Below, one piece after another: positions 26,412-36,510 of a stretch of 64,000 nt of DNA; position 1 is the first letter of the stretch; each line of letters begins with the position of its first letter. The translations under genes were made by a program, and so were the position numbers. Source of the DNA: a virus. The notes under the pieces are model-generated. The model was given only the letters and a program-made list of their open reading frames with translations, was not told where the DNA came from and did not search any database. The DNA is taken from positions 114,610 through 178,609 of IMG/VR virus record IMGVR_UViG_3300036766_000416. One strand, 5' to 3'.

Positions 26412-27431
26412 ATGAGCTTGATGGATCGAATCAAAAAAACCAGCAGCATAGAAATCGCTAGTGTCCTTGACGAATCAGAGGTATTCGGTGAGCGCCAACT
26501 CATTCTCACCGAGGTTCCAGTCATCAACATCGCCCTCTCCGGTACCCTAAAGGGTGGTTTGACTTCGGGTGTCACAGAGATTGCTGGACCCTCCAAACAT
26601 TTCAAAACGGGTATTGCGTTGCTCTTGATGCGAGCATTCCTCAAGCAGTACCAAGATGGCGCAATTTTATTTTATGATGCCGAGTTTGGTACCCCAGGTT
26701 CCTACTTCCAGACCTTCGGGATCGACATGAAGAAGGTCTTCCACACCCCCATCACCGACGTCGAACAACTCAAGCAAGACATCATGAAACAGTTGGTTGA
26801 GATGAAACGCGGAGACCACCTGATGATCGTCATTGACTCTATCGGACAATTGGCCTCACTCAAAGAAGTGGAAGATACCCTTGAAGGTAAGTCGGTGGCC
26901 GACATGACAAGGGCAAAGGCGATCAAGTCGTTGTTTCGTATGATCACCCCACACCTGAGAATCAAGGATATCCCATTGGTTGTGGTGAATCACACCTACA
27001 TGGAAATTGGTATGTTCCCTAAGGCTATCGCAAGTGGTGGTACGGGTATGACGTATGCTGCCGATACCATCTGGATTGTGGGTCGCCAACAGGAAAAGGT
27101 AGACAACGCGGTCGCTGGATTCAACTTCATTATCAATGTGGAGAAATCACGATTCGTGAAAGAGAAATCAAAGTTGCCCATCTCCGTGTCATTCGAGAAG
27201 GGTATCGAACAGTATTCTGGTCTCCTAGAGATTGCTCTAGAGGGTGGGTTCGTGCTCAAGCCATTGCCTGGATGGTACGCGAAGCCGGGTGCCAAGACCA
27301 AGGTGCGCGAGGTAGACACCAAGACCGAAGAGTTTTGGAAGGACATTCTAGCCAATGAGGAATTTGATGCGTATATTCGAAAGCGTTTTGAAATGGCTTA
27401 CGGCCAAATTTTGGGGAGTGACAACACCTAA
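26412..27431 (+). CDS. uvsX: UvsX RecA-like recombinase
   Basis: AGPSKHFKT, FYDAEFG, IDSIGQLAS, VNHTY, EKSRFV. Confidence 0.95.
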   Translation: MSLMDRIKKTSSIEIASVLDESEVFGERQLILTEVPVINIALSGTLKGGLTSGVTEIAGPSKHFKTGIALLLMRAFLKQYQDGAILFYDAEFGTPGSYFQTFGIDMKKVFHTPITDVEQLKQDIMKQLVEMKRGDHLMIVIDSIGQLASLKEVEDTLEGKSVADMTRAKAIKSLFRMITPHLRIKDIPLVVVNHTYMEIGMFPKAIASGGTGMTYAADTIWIVGRQQEKVDNAVAGFNFIINVEKSRFVKEKSKLPISVSFEKGIEQYSGLLEIALEGGFVLKPLPGWYAKPGAKTKVREVDTKTEEFWKDILANEEFDAYIRKRFEMAYGQILGSDNT

Positions 27432-27744
27432 GGTTCTCCCACAAGAGGGTATTGACTATGTGTTTGTCGATATCACCCTCGACGAACCTATCAGTGCGGT
27501 GAAGCTACTCCTAGAACCCTATCAGGGTATCATTTATTATTATGGCTGGGTGAAACCTCAACCACTCGACGACGGTGTGATGGGCCTTGCGTTTCAATAC
27601 ACGCTCTATGAAACCGCAGGTCGACCATATAAAGACCTTGTGAATTCGAAAGAGTTCACAAATTACCTGGGTGACGTGCTTACCACAATCATTATGAATG
27701 AGCAGCATAAATTAGAGTCAGTGACCATGAAGGACAGCGAATGA
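27355..27744 (+). CDS. Hypothetical protein at the gp40 position
   Basis: Synteny uvsX-x-41 only; homology not verified. Confidence 0.5.
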   Translation: MRNLMRIFESVLKWLTAKFWGVTTPKVLPQEGIDYVFVDITLDEPISAVKLLLEPYQGIIYYYGWVKPQPLDDGVMGLAFQYTLYETAGRPYKDLVNSKEFTNYLGDVLTTIIMNEQHKLESVTMKDSE

Positions 27745-29141
27745 TCCGTTTGGAGTCGGCAATCCTCAAGAACCTGATCTACCACGAGGAATACGCTCGC
27801 AAAGTCTTGCCCTTTCTCAAGACGGAGTATTTCAAAGAGCACACCGAGCAACTGATCTACGAGCAGATCGCCAAGTTCATTGATACCTACCACAACCTGC
27901 CTACCCATGAAGCGTTGGTTATCACGATCACCGAGCTTCACAACCTCAAAGAGGAACAGGTCCAGCAAGCCGTCTCATTATTGCAGCAGCTACACGCCGA
28001 CAAACAAGAACCCACTGATATTCCCTGGCTCATTGCTCAGACCGAACGGTTCTGTCAGGACTCCGCGCTCTACAATTCGGTACTTGAAGCGGTGTCGATC
28101 ATGGACGACAAGACGGGCAAGAAATCAAAGGGATCGATACCCGACCTCCTCACCAAAGCGTTATCCGTGACATTTGATAATCATGTGGGTCATGATTACA
28201 TGACGCAGTCAGATTCTCGGTACGAGTTTTACCACCATACCGAGAAGAAGATTCCGTTTGATCTAGATTATTTCAACAGGATTACTCGTGGTGGATTCTC
28301 TCTCAAGACTCTCAACATTTTCCTGGCTGGAGTTGGAGTTGGTAAAACTTTGGTCATGGGGCACATGGCAGCCTCAGCACTTAGTCGAGGTTACAATGTT
28401 TTGTATATCACCATGGAAATGGCTGAGGAGAAAATTGCTGAACGCATTGATGCGAACCTGCTCAATGTGGATATCAACACCCTGGAGAAGATTGCGAAAG
28501 AGGATTATGAGAAGCGATTTGCGATTCTCAAGTCCAAGACCTGTGGCAAACTAATCATTAAGGAATATCCGACCGCTTCTGCATCGACACTTCATTTTGC
28601 CGCGCTGCTGAATGAATTGCAACTCAAGAAATCGTTTCGTCCCGATTTGATTTTCATTGATTACTTGAATATCTGTGCTTCCTCTAGGATTCGTCCAGGT
28701 GGCAATGTGAATTCTTATACCTACATCAAAGCCATTGCGGAAGAACTGAGAGGTCTCGCAGTCGAATACAAGGTTCCTGTGATTTCAGCGACCCAAACGA
28801 CTCGCCAGGGATTCGATTCGAGTGACCTGGAACTGACGGACACCTCAGAGTCCTTTGGGTTACCGGCAACAGCCGATTTTATGGCTGCTATTATTAGTAA
28901 TGATGAATTGGAAGCCCTGAATCAGTTTATGGTCAAGCAGTTAAAAAATCGTTACATGGATAAGGCTACAAATAAGAGATTTGTAGTGGGTGTGGACAAA
29001 TCAAAAATGAGATTATACGATATCGCTGCGAGTGCTCAGACGAATTTGACTGATGCCGGCCAGGTTAAGAATGAGGAAGATGAAGAAGTGAGAAAACCAT
29101 TCGAGCACAAGAAACGAGACTTTAGGGGGTTCAAAATTTAA
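27741..29141 (+). CDS. 41: Replicative helicase gp41
   Basis: AGVGVGKT, YITMEMAEE, IKEYPT, IDYLNIC, SATQTTR, SESFGLPATADF, LKNRY. Confidence 0.95.
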   Translation: MIRLESAILKNLIYHEEYARKVLPFLKTEYFKEHTEQLIYEQIAKFIDTYHNLPTHEALVITITELHNLKEEQVQQAVSLLQQLHADKQEPTDIPWLIAQTERFCQDSALYNSVLEAVSIMDDKTGKKSKGSIPDLLTKALSVTFDNHVGHDYMTQSDSRYEFYHHTEKKIPFDLDYFNRITRGGFSLKTLNIFLAGVGVGKTLVMGHMAASALSRGYNVLYITMEMAEEKIAERIDANLLNVDINTLEKIAKEDYEKRFAILKSKTCGKLIIKEYPTASASTLHFAALLNELQLKKSFRPDLIFIDYLNICASSRIRPGGNVNSYTYIKAIAEELRGLAVEYKVPVISATQTTRQGFDSSDLELTDTSESFGLPATADFMAAIISNDELEALNQFMVKQLKNRYMDKATNKRFVVGVDKSKMRLYDIAASAQTNLTDAGQVKNEEDEEVRKPFEHKKRDFRGFKI

Positions 29142-29142
29142 T

Positions 29143-29742
29143 ATGAAAGATGAATTCAACCTCGGTGTCACTGCGTATCATGCTGGGTACCCTTATGTCG
29201 CGGTATTTGATGAGGTGCTTCCAAGAAACTTTTGTCATACCCTTATTGAGAAATTTGAGCGCAATGAGCCTAACGAACAGGTCGAAACTTTCTATGCTGG
29301 TATCAGGCACTTCATCGAGGTCAACATTTCACAGAATTGGCCTGATGAGCACCTAAGACTCCTCGCATACCTGCAAGAAGCCTGGAAGGTCTACCAGACC
29401 GTTCAAGGTCTCCGTGAGACTCAGTACCCCAAACAGTTCGGCTACGAGGCCTTCCGCATGAAACGCTACCTACCCAATGGGCGCGACGAATTTGCGCTGC
29501 ACACCGATGTTGGAAGCTACGCATCTGCTCGTCGTTTCGTGTCGTTTTTGTTTTACCTGAATACGGTGGAGAAGGGTGGTGAAACTGAATTCGGCAAGAC
29601 ACAAGGTAACGCATCGGTTACAATTCCTGCTGTTACCGGCAGGCTCCTGATATTCCCTCCATTGTGGACGCACCCTCACTGGGGTTGCAAGGTTGTCAGT
29701 GGTCCAAAGTATATCGTATCGGGATACCTGCATTACATATGA
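29143..29742 (+). CDS. 2OG-Fe(II) oxygenase (prolyl-4-hydroxylase-like)
   Basis: HTD, FLFYLN, GGET.F, FPP.WTHPH, KYIVS. Confidence 0.85.
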   Translation: MKDEFNLGVTAYHAGYPYVAVFDEVLPRNFCHTLIEKFERNEPNEQVETFYAGIRHFIEVNISQNWPDEHLRLLAYLQEAWKVYQTVQGLRETQYPKQFGYEAFRMKRYLPNGRDEFALHTDVGSYASARRFVSFLFYLNTVEKGGETEFGKTQGNASVTIPAVTGRLLIFPPLWTHPHWGCKVVSGPKYIVSGYLHYI

Positions 29743-30371
29743 AACTCACAAAAATTTACAACCTCGTCTATCAGACACCTGAGCGAACGTTGTCTCTCAA
29801 ACAAATCCTGAGGCCACTGAGAGCATCATTCAGACCATACCCCTGGATACGGTTCCTCGGTAACATTTTGCCCATCCAATACACCGAATCTCGGTACTCA
29901 ACGGTGCCCGCTGATAATCTGTTGTGTGTCACGGGTCACTTCGATCCTGACTACCAGGGTCGCTCAGTGTGTTTCGTGACACTCAGTAATTACTCACAGG
30001 ACCCCCAGAAAAAAATTCGATTTATGGGTACCCTCAGGCACCGCATCCTGTTCGATGTGTTTGCGACCATTGCTCACGAGCGCATCCACATGCTCCAGAA
30101 TTATAAAGCTACTGGGTGCCCACGACCTCTCCATGACCGCTATGCGGACCCTGTCACTGAGAGAAACCGAAGGTACTATGGGGCCACCAACGAGATCGAC
30201 GCCTATGGGTTCACTGCGGCCCTTGAGGAGCACTATGGGGAGCAACCAGATATCCTCACCAGGTACCGAACGGTCTTTGCGCCTGATGACCTATGTTACA
30301 AGAGGTTCCTCAAAAAGAAGGTGAAATACAGCTTGACATTGCCCCAGGTCCGTGTTATAACGGGAATATAA
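29739..30371 (+). CDS. HExxH zinc-metallopeptidase-like protein (start 29739)
   Basis: IAHERIHMLQ ... YYGATNEIDAYG. Confidence 0.55.
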   Translation: MKLTKIYNLVYQTPERTLSLKQILRPLRASFRPYPWIRFLGNILPIQYTESRYSTVPADNLLCVTGHFDPDYQGRSVCFVTLSNYSQDPQKKIRFMGTLRHRILFDVFATIAHERIHMLQNYKATGCPRPLHDRYADPVTERNRRYYGATNEIDAYGFTAALEEHYGEQPDILTRYRTVFAPDDLCYKRFLKKKVKYSLTLPQVRVITGI

Positions 30372-30374
30372 ATA
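30333..30374 (+). promoter_or_regulatory. Tandem sigma70-type and T4 late promoter
   Basis: TTGACA-17-TATAAC (30333-30361) followed by exact TATAAATA (30367-30374). Confidence 0.65.
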
Positions 30375-30395
30375 CATTATCACCTGGAGGGAAAA

Positions 30396-31631
30396 ATGTC
30401 CAAGCAAGCCGATCTACAGGAAACAGCACAAGCATTGTTCTGCGCGATGGCAGATTACTTGGGTGTCGCCAAGGTTGAAACGATATTTGACTTGAAAGTG
30501 AACGACACATATACCAAGTTCAAAGAAGCCTGGGATTCAAAACATCCCTCACTCACGGTCAGCACAGTGCTCAAGACGCGAGTGGATGCGCCCGGTGACT
30601 CGCTGAAAGAAATTGAAGCATTGTTTCACCGCGACAACGACTGGTATAAATCTTCTGTCCAGATTGCTAAAAAAGTCATAGAAGAAGTGGACGCGATCAG
30701 TACAAAATTTGCGCGAATCAAATCACCGAATTGGTCTGATTTGTTCTACTCTCGTGGTGATAAAGAGGTGATGGGTAATATCTCTGCGTTGTTCTCGATT
30801 GCCAATGGCACACAGAAGAAACTTAATGCCTTACCCAACGCTGCTCACAAAACTATTTTTACGAATTTGAATAAGTGGTGTCCTGCTGATATTTACTTTG
30901 CCTCGGAAAAAGCCAAGCGAGACATCAAAGAGTTATTGCGGGTGAATCAGAATAAATCCATGACATTCACCGTGTTGAATGGTCTTGTGAGTTCGTTAAT
31001 TGATTCGGGCGACCTGTTGCCCCTCTCGTTGAAACAACAGCCCGGCACCGTCACCATTAAAAAGGTGAATTTCGACAGAAAGAAAGAACTGGAGGATATG
31101 GAGAAGTTCCAATTTCTCAGTGTTGAGAAGTGGGAGCCTTATGTAAAAAATGGAAAACAGGCTCGTTACCTGAGTATTCGTTACGATCCCGCAAGTCCCA
31201 GGAGTTTTATTTATATTCGGCACGACCCCGCCACCCCGGCATTCAAGGCTGAAGTGGTACATGCCTCAGGAGGTGCGACTGTCTCGCGTGAAGGCTCCGC
31301 TCCTCCAGGAGTGATGGAAAAAGCCATAGCTCTTGCTGATGGCAATACCAACTATTCCAGGAAATTCTTCAAGACATTCAAGGACGGAGAAGCGGAATTT
31401 GCCAAGGAAATGAAAACGAAAAGAATGACCGAGATGAAGTCAAAAGACAGGACGAAGTTCGATGTGGAACGGACCTGGCTTAGTTCTTCTCTTATCACGA
31501 ATGCTGTCTTTCCAGAACTCATTAAGTGGTTGAAGCGAGATAAAAAGAATTCCACCAGATTCGTGCAGTTGGTGTTCGCTTACACGACGTCCCGTTCTGA
31601 TGAATCCGGTAAGTTTGTGATCGCCAAATAG
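30396..31631 (+). CDS. Hypothetical protein, putative PD-(D/E)xK nuclease fold
   Basis: QE near the N-terminus, NKWCPADIY, LPLSLK spaced like E..D..xK nuclease motifs. Confidence 0.45.
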   Translation: MSKQADLQETAQALFCAMADYLGVAKVETIFDLKVNDTYTKFKEAWDSKHPSLTVSTVLKTRVDAPGDSLKEIEALFHRDNDWYKSSVQIAKKVIEEVDAISTKFARIKSPNWSDLFYSRGDKEVMGNISALFSIANGTQKKLNALPNAAHKTIFTNLNKWCPADIYFASEKAKRDIKELLRVNQNKSMTFTVLNGLVSSLIDSGDLLPLSLKQQPGTVTIKKVNFDRKKELEDMEKFQFLSVEKWEPYVKNGKQARYLSIRYDPASPRSFIYIRHDPATPAFKAEVVHASGGATVSREGSAPPGVMEKAIALADGNTNYSRKFFKTFKDGEAEFAKEMKTKRMTEMKSKDRTKFDVERTWLSSSLITNAVFPELIKWLKRDKKNSTRFVQLVFAYTTSRSDESGKFVIAK

Positions 31632-31647
31632 CATGGAAGCTGTTCAT

Positions 31648-32871
31648 ATGTCTCTCAAAACGTTTATCACAGAATCCTCTGAGGGTAAGAATGTGCACCT
31701 AGAGCACCTCGAAGACCAGGTGTTGAATCGTGGGGTTGATGGTGCTCGTGAGGCGATCAATTTTCTCCGTAGTCTACGTGACATGCTCTCAGGGCACACT
31801 GAGAAACCCATCAACGTCACTACCAAGTTCGATGGAGCCCCTGCGGTGATCTGTGGGCTCAATCCAGAAAACGGTAAGTTCTTCGTAGGCACCAAGGGGG
31901 TGTTCAACAAGACCGCCAAGCTGAACTATACGGAACACGATATCGACCTGAACCATCCATCTGAAGGTCTCAACAATAAGCTCAAGGTCTGCCTTCGCTA
32001 TCTTCCAAAATTAGGAATAAAAGGGATTCTCCAAGGCGACCTCATGTTTACAAAAGGTGACATAAAATCCGAAACCATTGAAGGAGAAAAATATGTTACC
32101 TTTACTCCGAATACTCTTACCTATGCTATTCCTGCCGGTACTACTCTTGCTAGCCGTATTCTTTCTGCTGCTCTGGGCATAGTGTTTCACACGGAGTACC
32201 ATGGCACCACAATGGCGGGTCTCAAGGCGTCCTACAAGGTCGACCTAGGGTACCTGCATCACTCGAAAGAGGTCTGGTTCAGGAACGCGGATTTGGTAGA
32301 CGAGAGCGGCACAGTGAGTTTCACGGTAGCTGAAACGGCGCACTGTACCTCCTTGCTCGCAGTGGCAGGCACGATGTTCCAAGCGATCAACGGTAAAGTT
32401 CTGAACCAGATTGCGCTGAACACGGTCTACCGTGACTACCTCAAGACCTTCAACAACTCCAAGGTCCACGAAGGTGCAGCGATTACCAATACTGTTCAGC
32501 ACACCAACGAGTTTATCCGATGGCTCGATGCCAAGATGACGGCTGCAATCGGTGAAGCGAAGCAACCCGATACGAAGCGCAAGCGCACCCAGGAGAAAAC
32601 CCTGGTGCTTGGATTTTTTAGGGCTCATGCAGCCGACTTACGTGATATTTTCAACTTGACAAACCAGTTGGTATATGCTAAACTATTGATCGTCCAAAAG
32701 CTTCAACAGGTCCAGGGCACCCGAAAGTTTTTCAAGACCGCTGACGGCTACCAAGTCACAGGTGACGAAGGCTATGTGGCTGTGGATCACGTTGGGAACG
32801 CGGTGAAGCTGGTTGACCGCTTGCAGTTCTCACACCAGAATTTTACCGCTTCTAAAATATGGGATAAATGA
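31648..32871 (+). CDS. Conserved T4-like protein (DUF6267-like) with ligase-type nucleotidyltransferase motifs
   Basis: KNVHLEHLED; TKFDG (motif I), LQGD, EGYV, VKLV. Confidence 0.6.
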   Translation: MSLKTFITESSEGKNVHLEHLEDQVLNRGVDGAREAINFLRSLRDMLSGHTEKPINVTTKFDGAPAVICGLNPENGKFFVGTKGVFNKTAKLNYTEHDIDLNHPSEGLNNKLKVCLRYLPKLGIKGILQGDLMFTKGDIKSETIEGEKYVTFTPNTLTYAIPAGTTLASRILSAALGIVFHTEYHGTTMAGLKASYKVDLGYLHHSKEVWFRNADLVDESGTVSFTVAETAHCTSLLAVAGTMFQAINGKVLNQIALNTVYRDYLKTFNNSKVHEGAAITNTVQHTNEFIRWLDAKMTAAIGEAKQPDTKRKRTQEKTLVLGFFRAHAADLRDIFNLTNQLVYAKLLIVQKLQQVQGTRKFFKTADGYQVTGDEGYVAVDHVGNAVKLVDRLQFSHQNFTASKIWDK

Positions 32872-33462
32872 ATGAGATTCAAACATCATATAATTCCTCT
32901 TCATGAATGGCGCCGTAGGATCAACCCCAAAGCCAACAGGCACAATAAAGAATACAATGCCCCAGACAATGTGGTTTGGCTGACGCTTGAGCAGCATATT
33001 CAGGTGCACCAATTACTTTATGAATTGAATGGAAGTGAGTGTGATAGGATTGCGTATTCTCGAATGTCAGGACAGATGGGATGTTGGGAGGCAACCATAG
33101 CAGCGGCACGCCTAGCCAATACAGGGAAAAAACACACCGAGGAGACAAAGCATAAGTGGTCTGTTATGAGGATGGGTAGCAAACACACAGAAGAGTGGAA
33201 ACGGGATACCTCTTCTCGGATGAAAGGAAATACGTTTTGTGTCGGATATAAGTACACACTAGAACAACGAGAAGCCCGATCAAGAGGTATGATCGGAAAA
33301 CAAAATGCTTTGGGTACCATACAAACCGCAGAGAATAAGCGGCGAAAGAGTGAAGCCGCGAAGAAAAGGTGGAAATTATGGAGAGAGAAAAAAGAGACCT
33401 TGTTATTGGGGCCATCGACAAATATAATTTTGAACAAATTGCCCCCTGGGTTAATAGTTTAG
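32872..33462 (+). CDS. Free-standing HNH endonuclease (paralog of 18299)
   Basis: KHHIIPLHEW..NAPDNVV.LT.EQH.QVH; NUMOD3 repeats. Confidence 0.8.
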   Translation: MRFKHHIIPLHEWRRRINPKANRHNKEYNAPDNVVWLTLEQHIQVHQLLYELNGSECDRIAYSRMSGQMGCWEATIAAARLANTGKKHTEETKHKWSVMRMGSKHTEEWKRDTSSRMKGNTFCVGYKYTLEQREARSRGMIGKQNALGTIQTAENKRRKSEAAKKRWKLWREKKETLLLGPSTNIILNKLPPGLIV

Positions 33463-34256
33463 ATAGATCGGGATTTAGTGGAATCAAGGCAGTTGTTGCC
33501 TACAATATCAACCATGCGACCTGTGAAGAACTCACCAAGCGCGGTTATTCCATTCTTGCTTTTCAGAGGGACCCTGTCAGTGGTGACCTTAGTTATCCAA
33601 GTCGGGATTATGCTGTTGTTACGGACCGATTTTTACACTACTACCTTATGCTCAATAACCCACAGAACGCCGAGGGCATTAGGTACGTCATTGCGACCGA
33701 CGCAAAGGACGTGATCTTTCAGCGCAACCCTTCAGATTTTCTTAACGGTTGCAACCCAGGTATCGTCGCTTCCTCTGAGGGTATCGCATACGAGCATGAG
33801 CCTTGGGGTCGAAACAATCTCACCCAATCCTTCGGTCCCCTCGTGTATGAACAGCACAAAACAAACACCATTATCAATTGTGGAGTTCTCGCTGGTACCT
33901 TCAGTCACTTCATGGGTCTCTGTAAATCCATCTACCTGATGTCTCATGGTACTGTTCAACATGTTCCTGGAGGTGGTGGTCCCGACCAAGCGGCACTGAA
34001 CCTCCTGCTGTCCACTGAGGCTTACAAAGAGTGTACCATGGTGACGACTCATGCTGATGCCTGGGCCTGTCAGGCCGGCACTACTATGGACCCCAATAAA
34101 ATTGATTCGTATAGACCCCATATCACAGAATCATTGCCTCGATTTTATCCTGGAACTGGTGAGGTGATGAATGCGTCAGGTGAACCATACACACTGGTAC
34201 ACCAATGGGACCGTGTACCCGAAATTCGTGCAGCCGTCGAAAAGAGATACCGATGA
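33378..34256 (+). CDS. GT-A fold glycosyltransferase-like protein (start 33378)
   Basis: ATDAKDVIFQ.NP, INCGVLAG, PDQAALN, VHQWDR. Confidence 0.6.
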   Translation: MEREKRDLVIGAIDKYNFEQIAPWVNSLDRSGFSGIKAVVAYNINHATCEELTKRGYSILAFQRDPVSGDLSYPSRDYAVVTDRFLHYYLMLNNPQNAEGIRYVIATDAKDVIFQRNPSDFLNGCNPGIVASSEGIAYEHEPWGRNNLTQSFGPLVYEQHKTNTIINCGVLAGTFSHFMGLCKSIYLMSHGTVQHVPGGGGPDQAALNLLLSTEAYKECTMVTTHADAWACQAGTTMDPNKIDSYRPHITESLPRFYPGTGEVMNASGEPYTLVHQWDRVPEIRAAVEKRYR

Positions 34257-35491
34257 CCGAGCCATTTCTCGAATGTGAGTTCGGCACCCTGTATCTTGGT
34301 GACTCGCTAGACATCCTGAAAACTCTCGACGACAACTCAGTGGACTCAGTGGTGACCGACCCTCCATATGGGCTCACGAACGCAAGACCTCAGGTGTTCA
34401 AGTCTGTCAGAGACCCCAGTGTGAACAAGGGTGCCAAAGGGTTTATGGGTATGGAATGGGACCATGGGGTACCTGGACCTGACTACTGGGCCGAGGCGTT
34501 CCGCGTAGCGAAGCCAGGAGCCCACATGCTCGCGTTCGGCGGAACGAGAACCTATCACCGTCTTGCGTGTGCGATTGAGGACGCGGGTTGGGAGATCCGA
34601 GACTGCATCATGTGGGTCTATGGGTCCGGGTTCCCAAAGTCCCTCGATATTGGTAAGGCTCTCGACAAGTCAGCAGGAGCCACACGTCAAGTCACTGGGT
34701 CTCGCCAAGGTAACGTGGGCATCCAAGGTGGAAACTTTGGTCGTTCGCCTCTCACGGGTACGATTCTGCAGTATGATGACCCTGTTACTGAGAACGCCAA
34801 GCAATGGGATGGGTGGGGTACCGCTTTGAAGCCAGCCTGGGAGCCGATCATCGTGGCCCGCAAACCCGTCGAGGGTTCTGTATCATCGAACGTCCTGAAG
34901 TATGGCACCGGTGCGATCAACGTTGATGAGAGCCGTGTAGGTACTCAAGGTGGCACTGAGAGTGTGGGTGATCCCAATTTCAAAAATCAGGTGTATGGTA
35001 AAGGTATGGGTGGACTGGGGATCGTCGATGGTGACAAAGGTCGCTGGCCCGCCAATCTGATCCATGACGGTAGCGAGGAGGTGCTAGAGGTATTTCCTGA
35101 TGCACCTGGGCAGCAATTTGCTGTAGGTCCTGAGCATGGTGACAAAAAATCGATCAATACATTTGGTGATTATGGACCACGACAACAATTTGAACCTCGT
35201 AACGATTCTGGTTCTGCTGCCCGGTTCTTCTATTGCGCGAAGGCCTCCCCGTCAGAACGCGGTGAGACCAACAACCATCCAACGGTCAAGCCACAAGCCC
35301 TCATGCAGTATTTGTGTCGCCTGGTGACCCCTCCAGGGGGCACGGTGCTTGATCCATTCATGGGTTCGGGGAGTACCTGCTTGGCCGCAAAAGAGACTCG
35401 TTTCAAATTCGTGGGTATCGACATGACCCCTAAGTATTGTGAGATTGCGAAGCAACGATTGATAACCTCTGAAGGGATATTCGGTCTATGA
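34253..35491 (+). CDS. Beta-class N4C/N6A DNA methyltransferase (start 34253)
   Basis: VVTDPPYG (motif IV) precedes HPTVKP and VLDPFMGSGST (motif I). Confidence 0.9.
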   Translation: MTEPFLECEFGTLYLGDSLDILKTLDDNSVDSVVTDPPYGLTNARPQVFKSVRDPSVNKGAKGFMGMEWDHGVPGPDYWAEAFRVAKPGAHMLAFGGTRTYHRLACAIEDAGWEIRDCIMWVYGSGFPKSLDIGKALDKSAGATRQVTGSRQGNVGIQGGNFGRSPLTGTILQYDDPVTENAKQWDGWGTALKPAWEPIIVARKPVEGSVSSNVLKYGTGAINVDESRVGTQGGTESVGDPNFKNQVYGKGMGGLGIVDGDKGRWPANLIHDGSEEVLEVFPDAPGQQFAVGPEHGDKKSINTFGDYGPRQQFEPRNDSGSAARFFYCAKASPSERGETNNHPTVKPQALMQYLCRLVTPPGGTVLDPFMGSGSTCLAAKETRFKFVGIDMTPKYCEIAKQRLITSEGIFGL

Positions 35492-36510
35492 CAACCGCCG
35501 AAGCACCGGAACCTCAAGGGTACAAAGTAGAGATAACTGTTCAGAAGAAACCACGACGGTTCTTGTTCGTGGTCCATCGGTACGCACCGTTTCCTGGTGG
35601 CTCAGAGAACTACGTAAAGGACATGGCCGAAGAGACTATGCTACGTGGTCACTCTGTCGCGGTGTTCGCCGGTGAGCATATGGGTGACTACCACGGTATC
35701 AGAGTATCCTCAGAACCTAGCATCCTCACCGAACCCTGGGACCTCATCATCGTCCATGGTGGTGACGTAGGCATCCAGAATTTTGTGCTGAAGCACGCCG
35801 ACAAGCTCGGTGGACCTGTGCTCTATCTCCTGATACTCCCATCGAATTCTGTTGAGTGTGTGAGTGCGCTGCACCGTGTCTCATTCATCGGCTGCAGTAC
35901 CATCGCTGACTGGCGCCACGTCGATGCCTACAAGGCACAGAGCCGCGCCGTCAGAGTGCGCCACGGAATCAACCTTGAGGGTTCAATCGGACATCCTGGA
36001 TTCAAGTCCAAGCATAATATCAAAACAAAAAATATGTTCCTGTCGTCTGGTGGATTTTGGCCCAACAAGGCATTCGGTGAATTGGTTGACGTGTTCAAGA
36101 GCAATCACCGCACGGATACCACGTTGGTTTTGACTGGTTATGATAACCGTCATGGAATCATGCCACCTGACGAAGAATTTGTGCGTTCGTTTTTGCTTGA
36201 TGACCGTCGTGAAATGCTCTCGGCTCTCATGGACGCGGACCTCTACGTCCTCAACAGTACCTCAGAGGGATTTGGATTGGTCTTACTGGAGTCGATGGTC
36301 AACATGACACCCTGGGCAGCCAGGAGCATCGCTGGTGCTGAACTGATGCGCGAGTATGGGTTTACCTACAACACACCACAAGAATTGGGTACGTTTCTTC
36401 ATTCGTTTATGGGCGCCCCCGGGCCTCACTTGCTGGAAGCTCAGAAATACGCGATCACCACGCACCTGATCAAGCACACGGTTGATGATATTCTACATGT
36501 GGGACTATGA
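35488..36510 (+). CDS. GT4 (GT-B) glycosyltransferase
   Basis: PFPGGSENY, ADLYVLNSTSEGFGLVLLESM. Confidence 0.85.
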   Translation: MTTAEAPEPQGYKVEITVQKKPRRFLFVVHRYAPFPGGSENYVKDMAEETMLRGHSVAVFAGEHMGDYHGIRVSSEPSILTEPWDLIIVHGGDVGIQNFVLKHADKLGGPVLYLLILPSNSVECVSALHRVSFIGCSTIADWRHVDAYKAQSRAVRVRHGINLEGSIGHPGFKSKHNIKTKNMFLSSGGFWPNKAFGELVDVFKSNHRTDTTLVLTGYDNRHGIMPPDEEFVRSFLLDDRREMLSALMDADLYVLNSTSEGFGLVLLESMVNMTPWAARSIAGAELMREYGFTYNTPQELGTFLHSFMGAPGPHLLEAQKYAITTHLIKHTVDDILHVGL

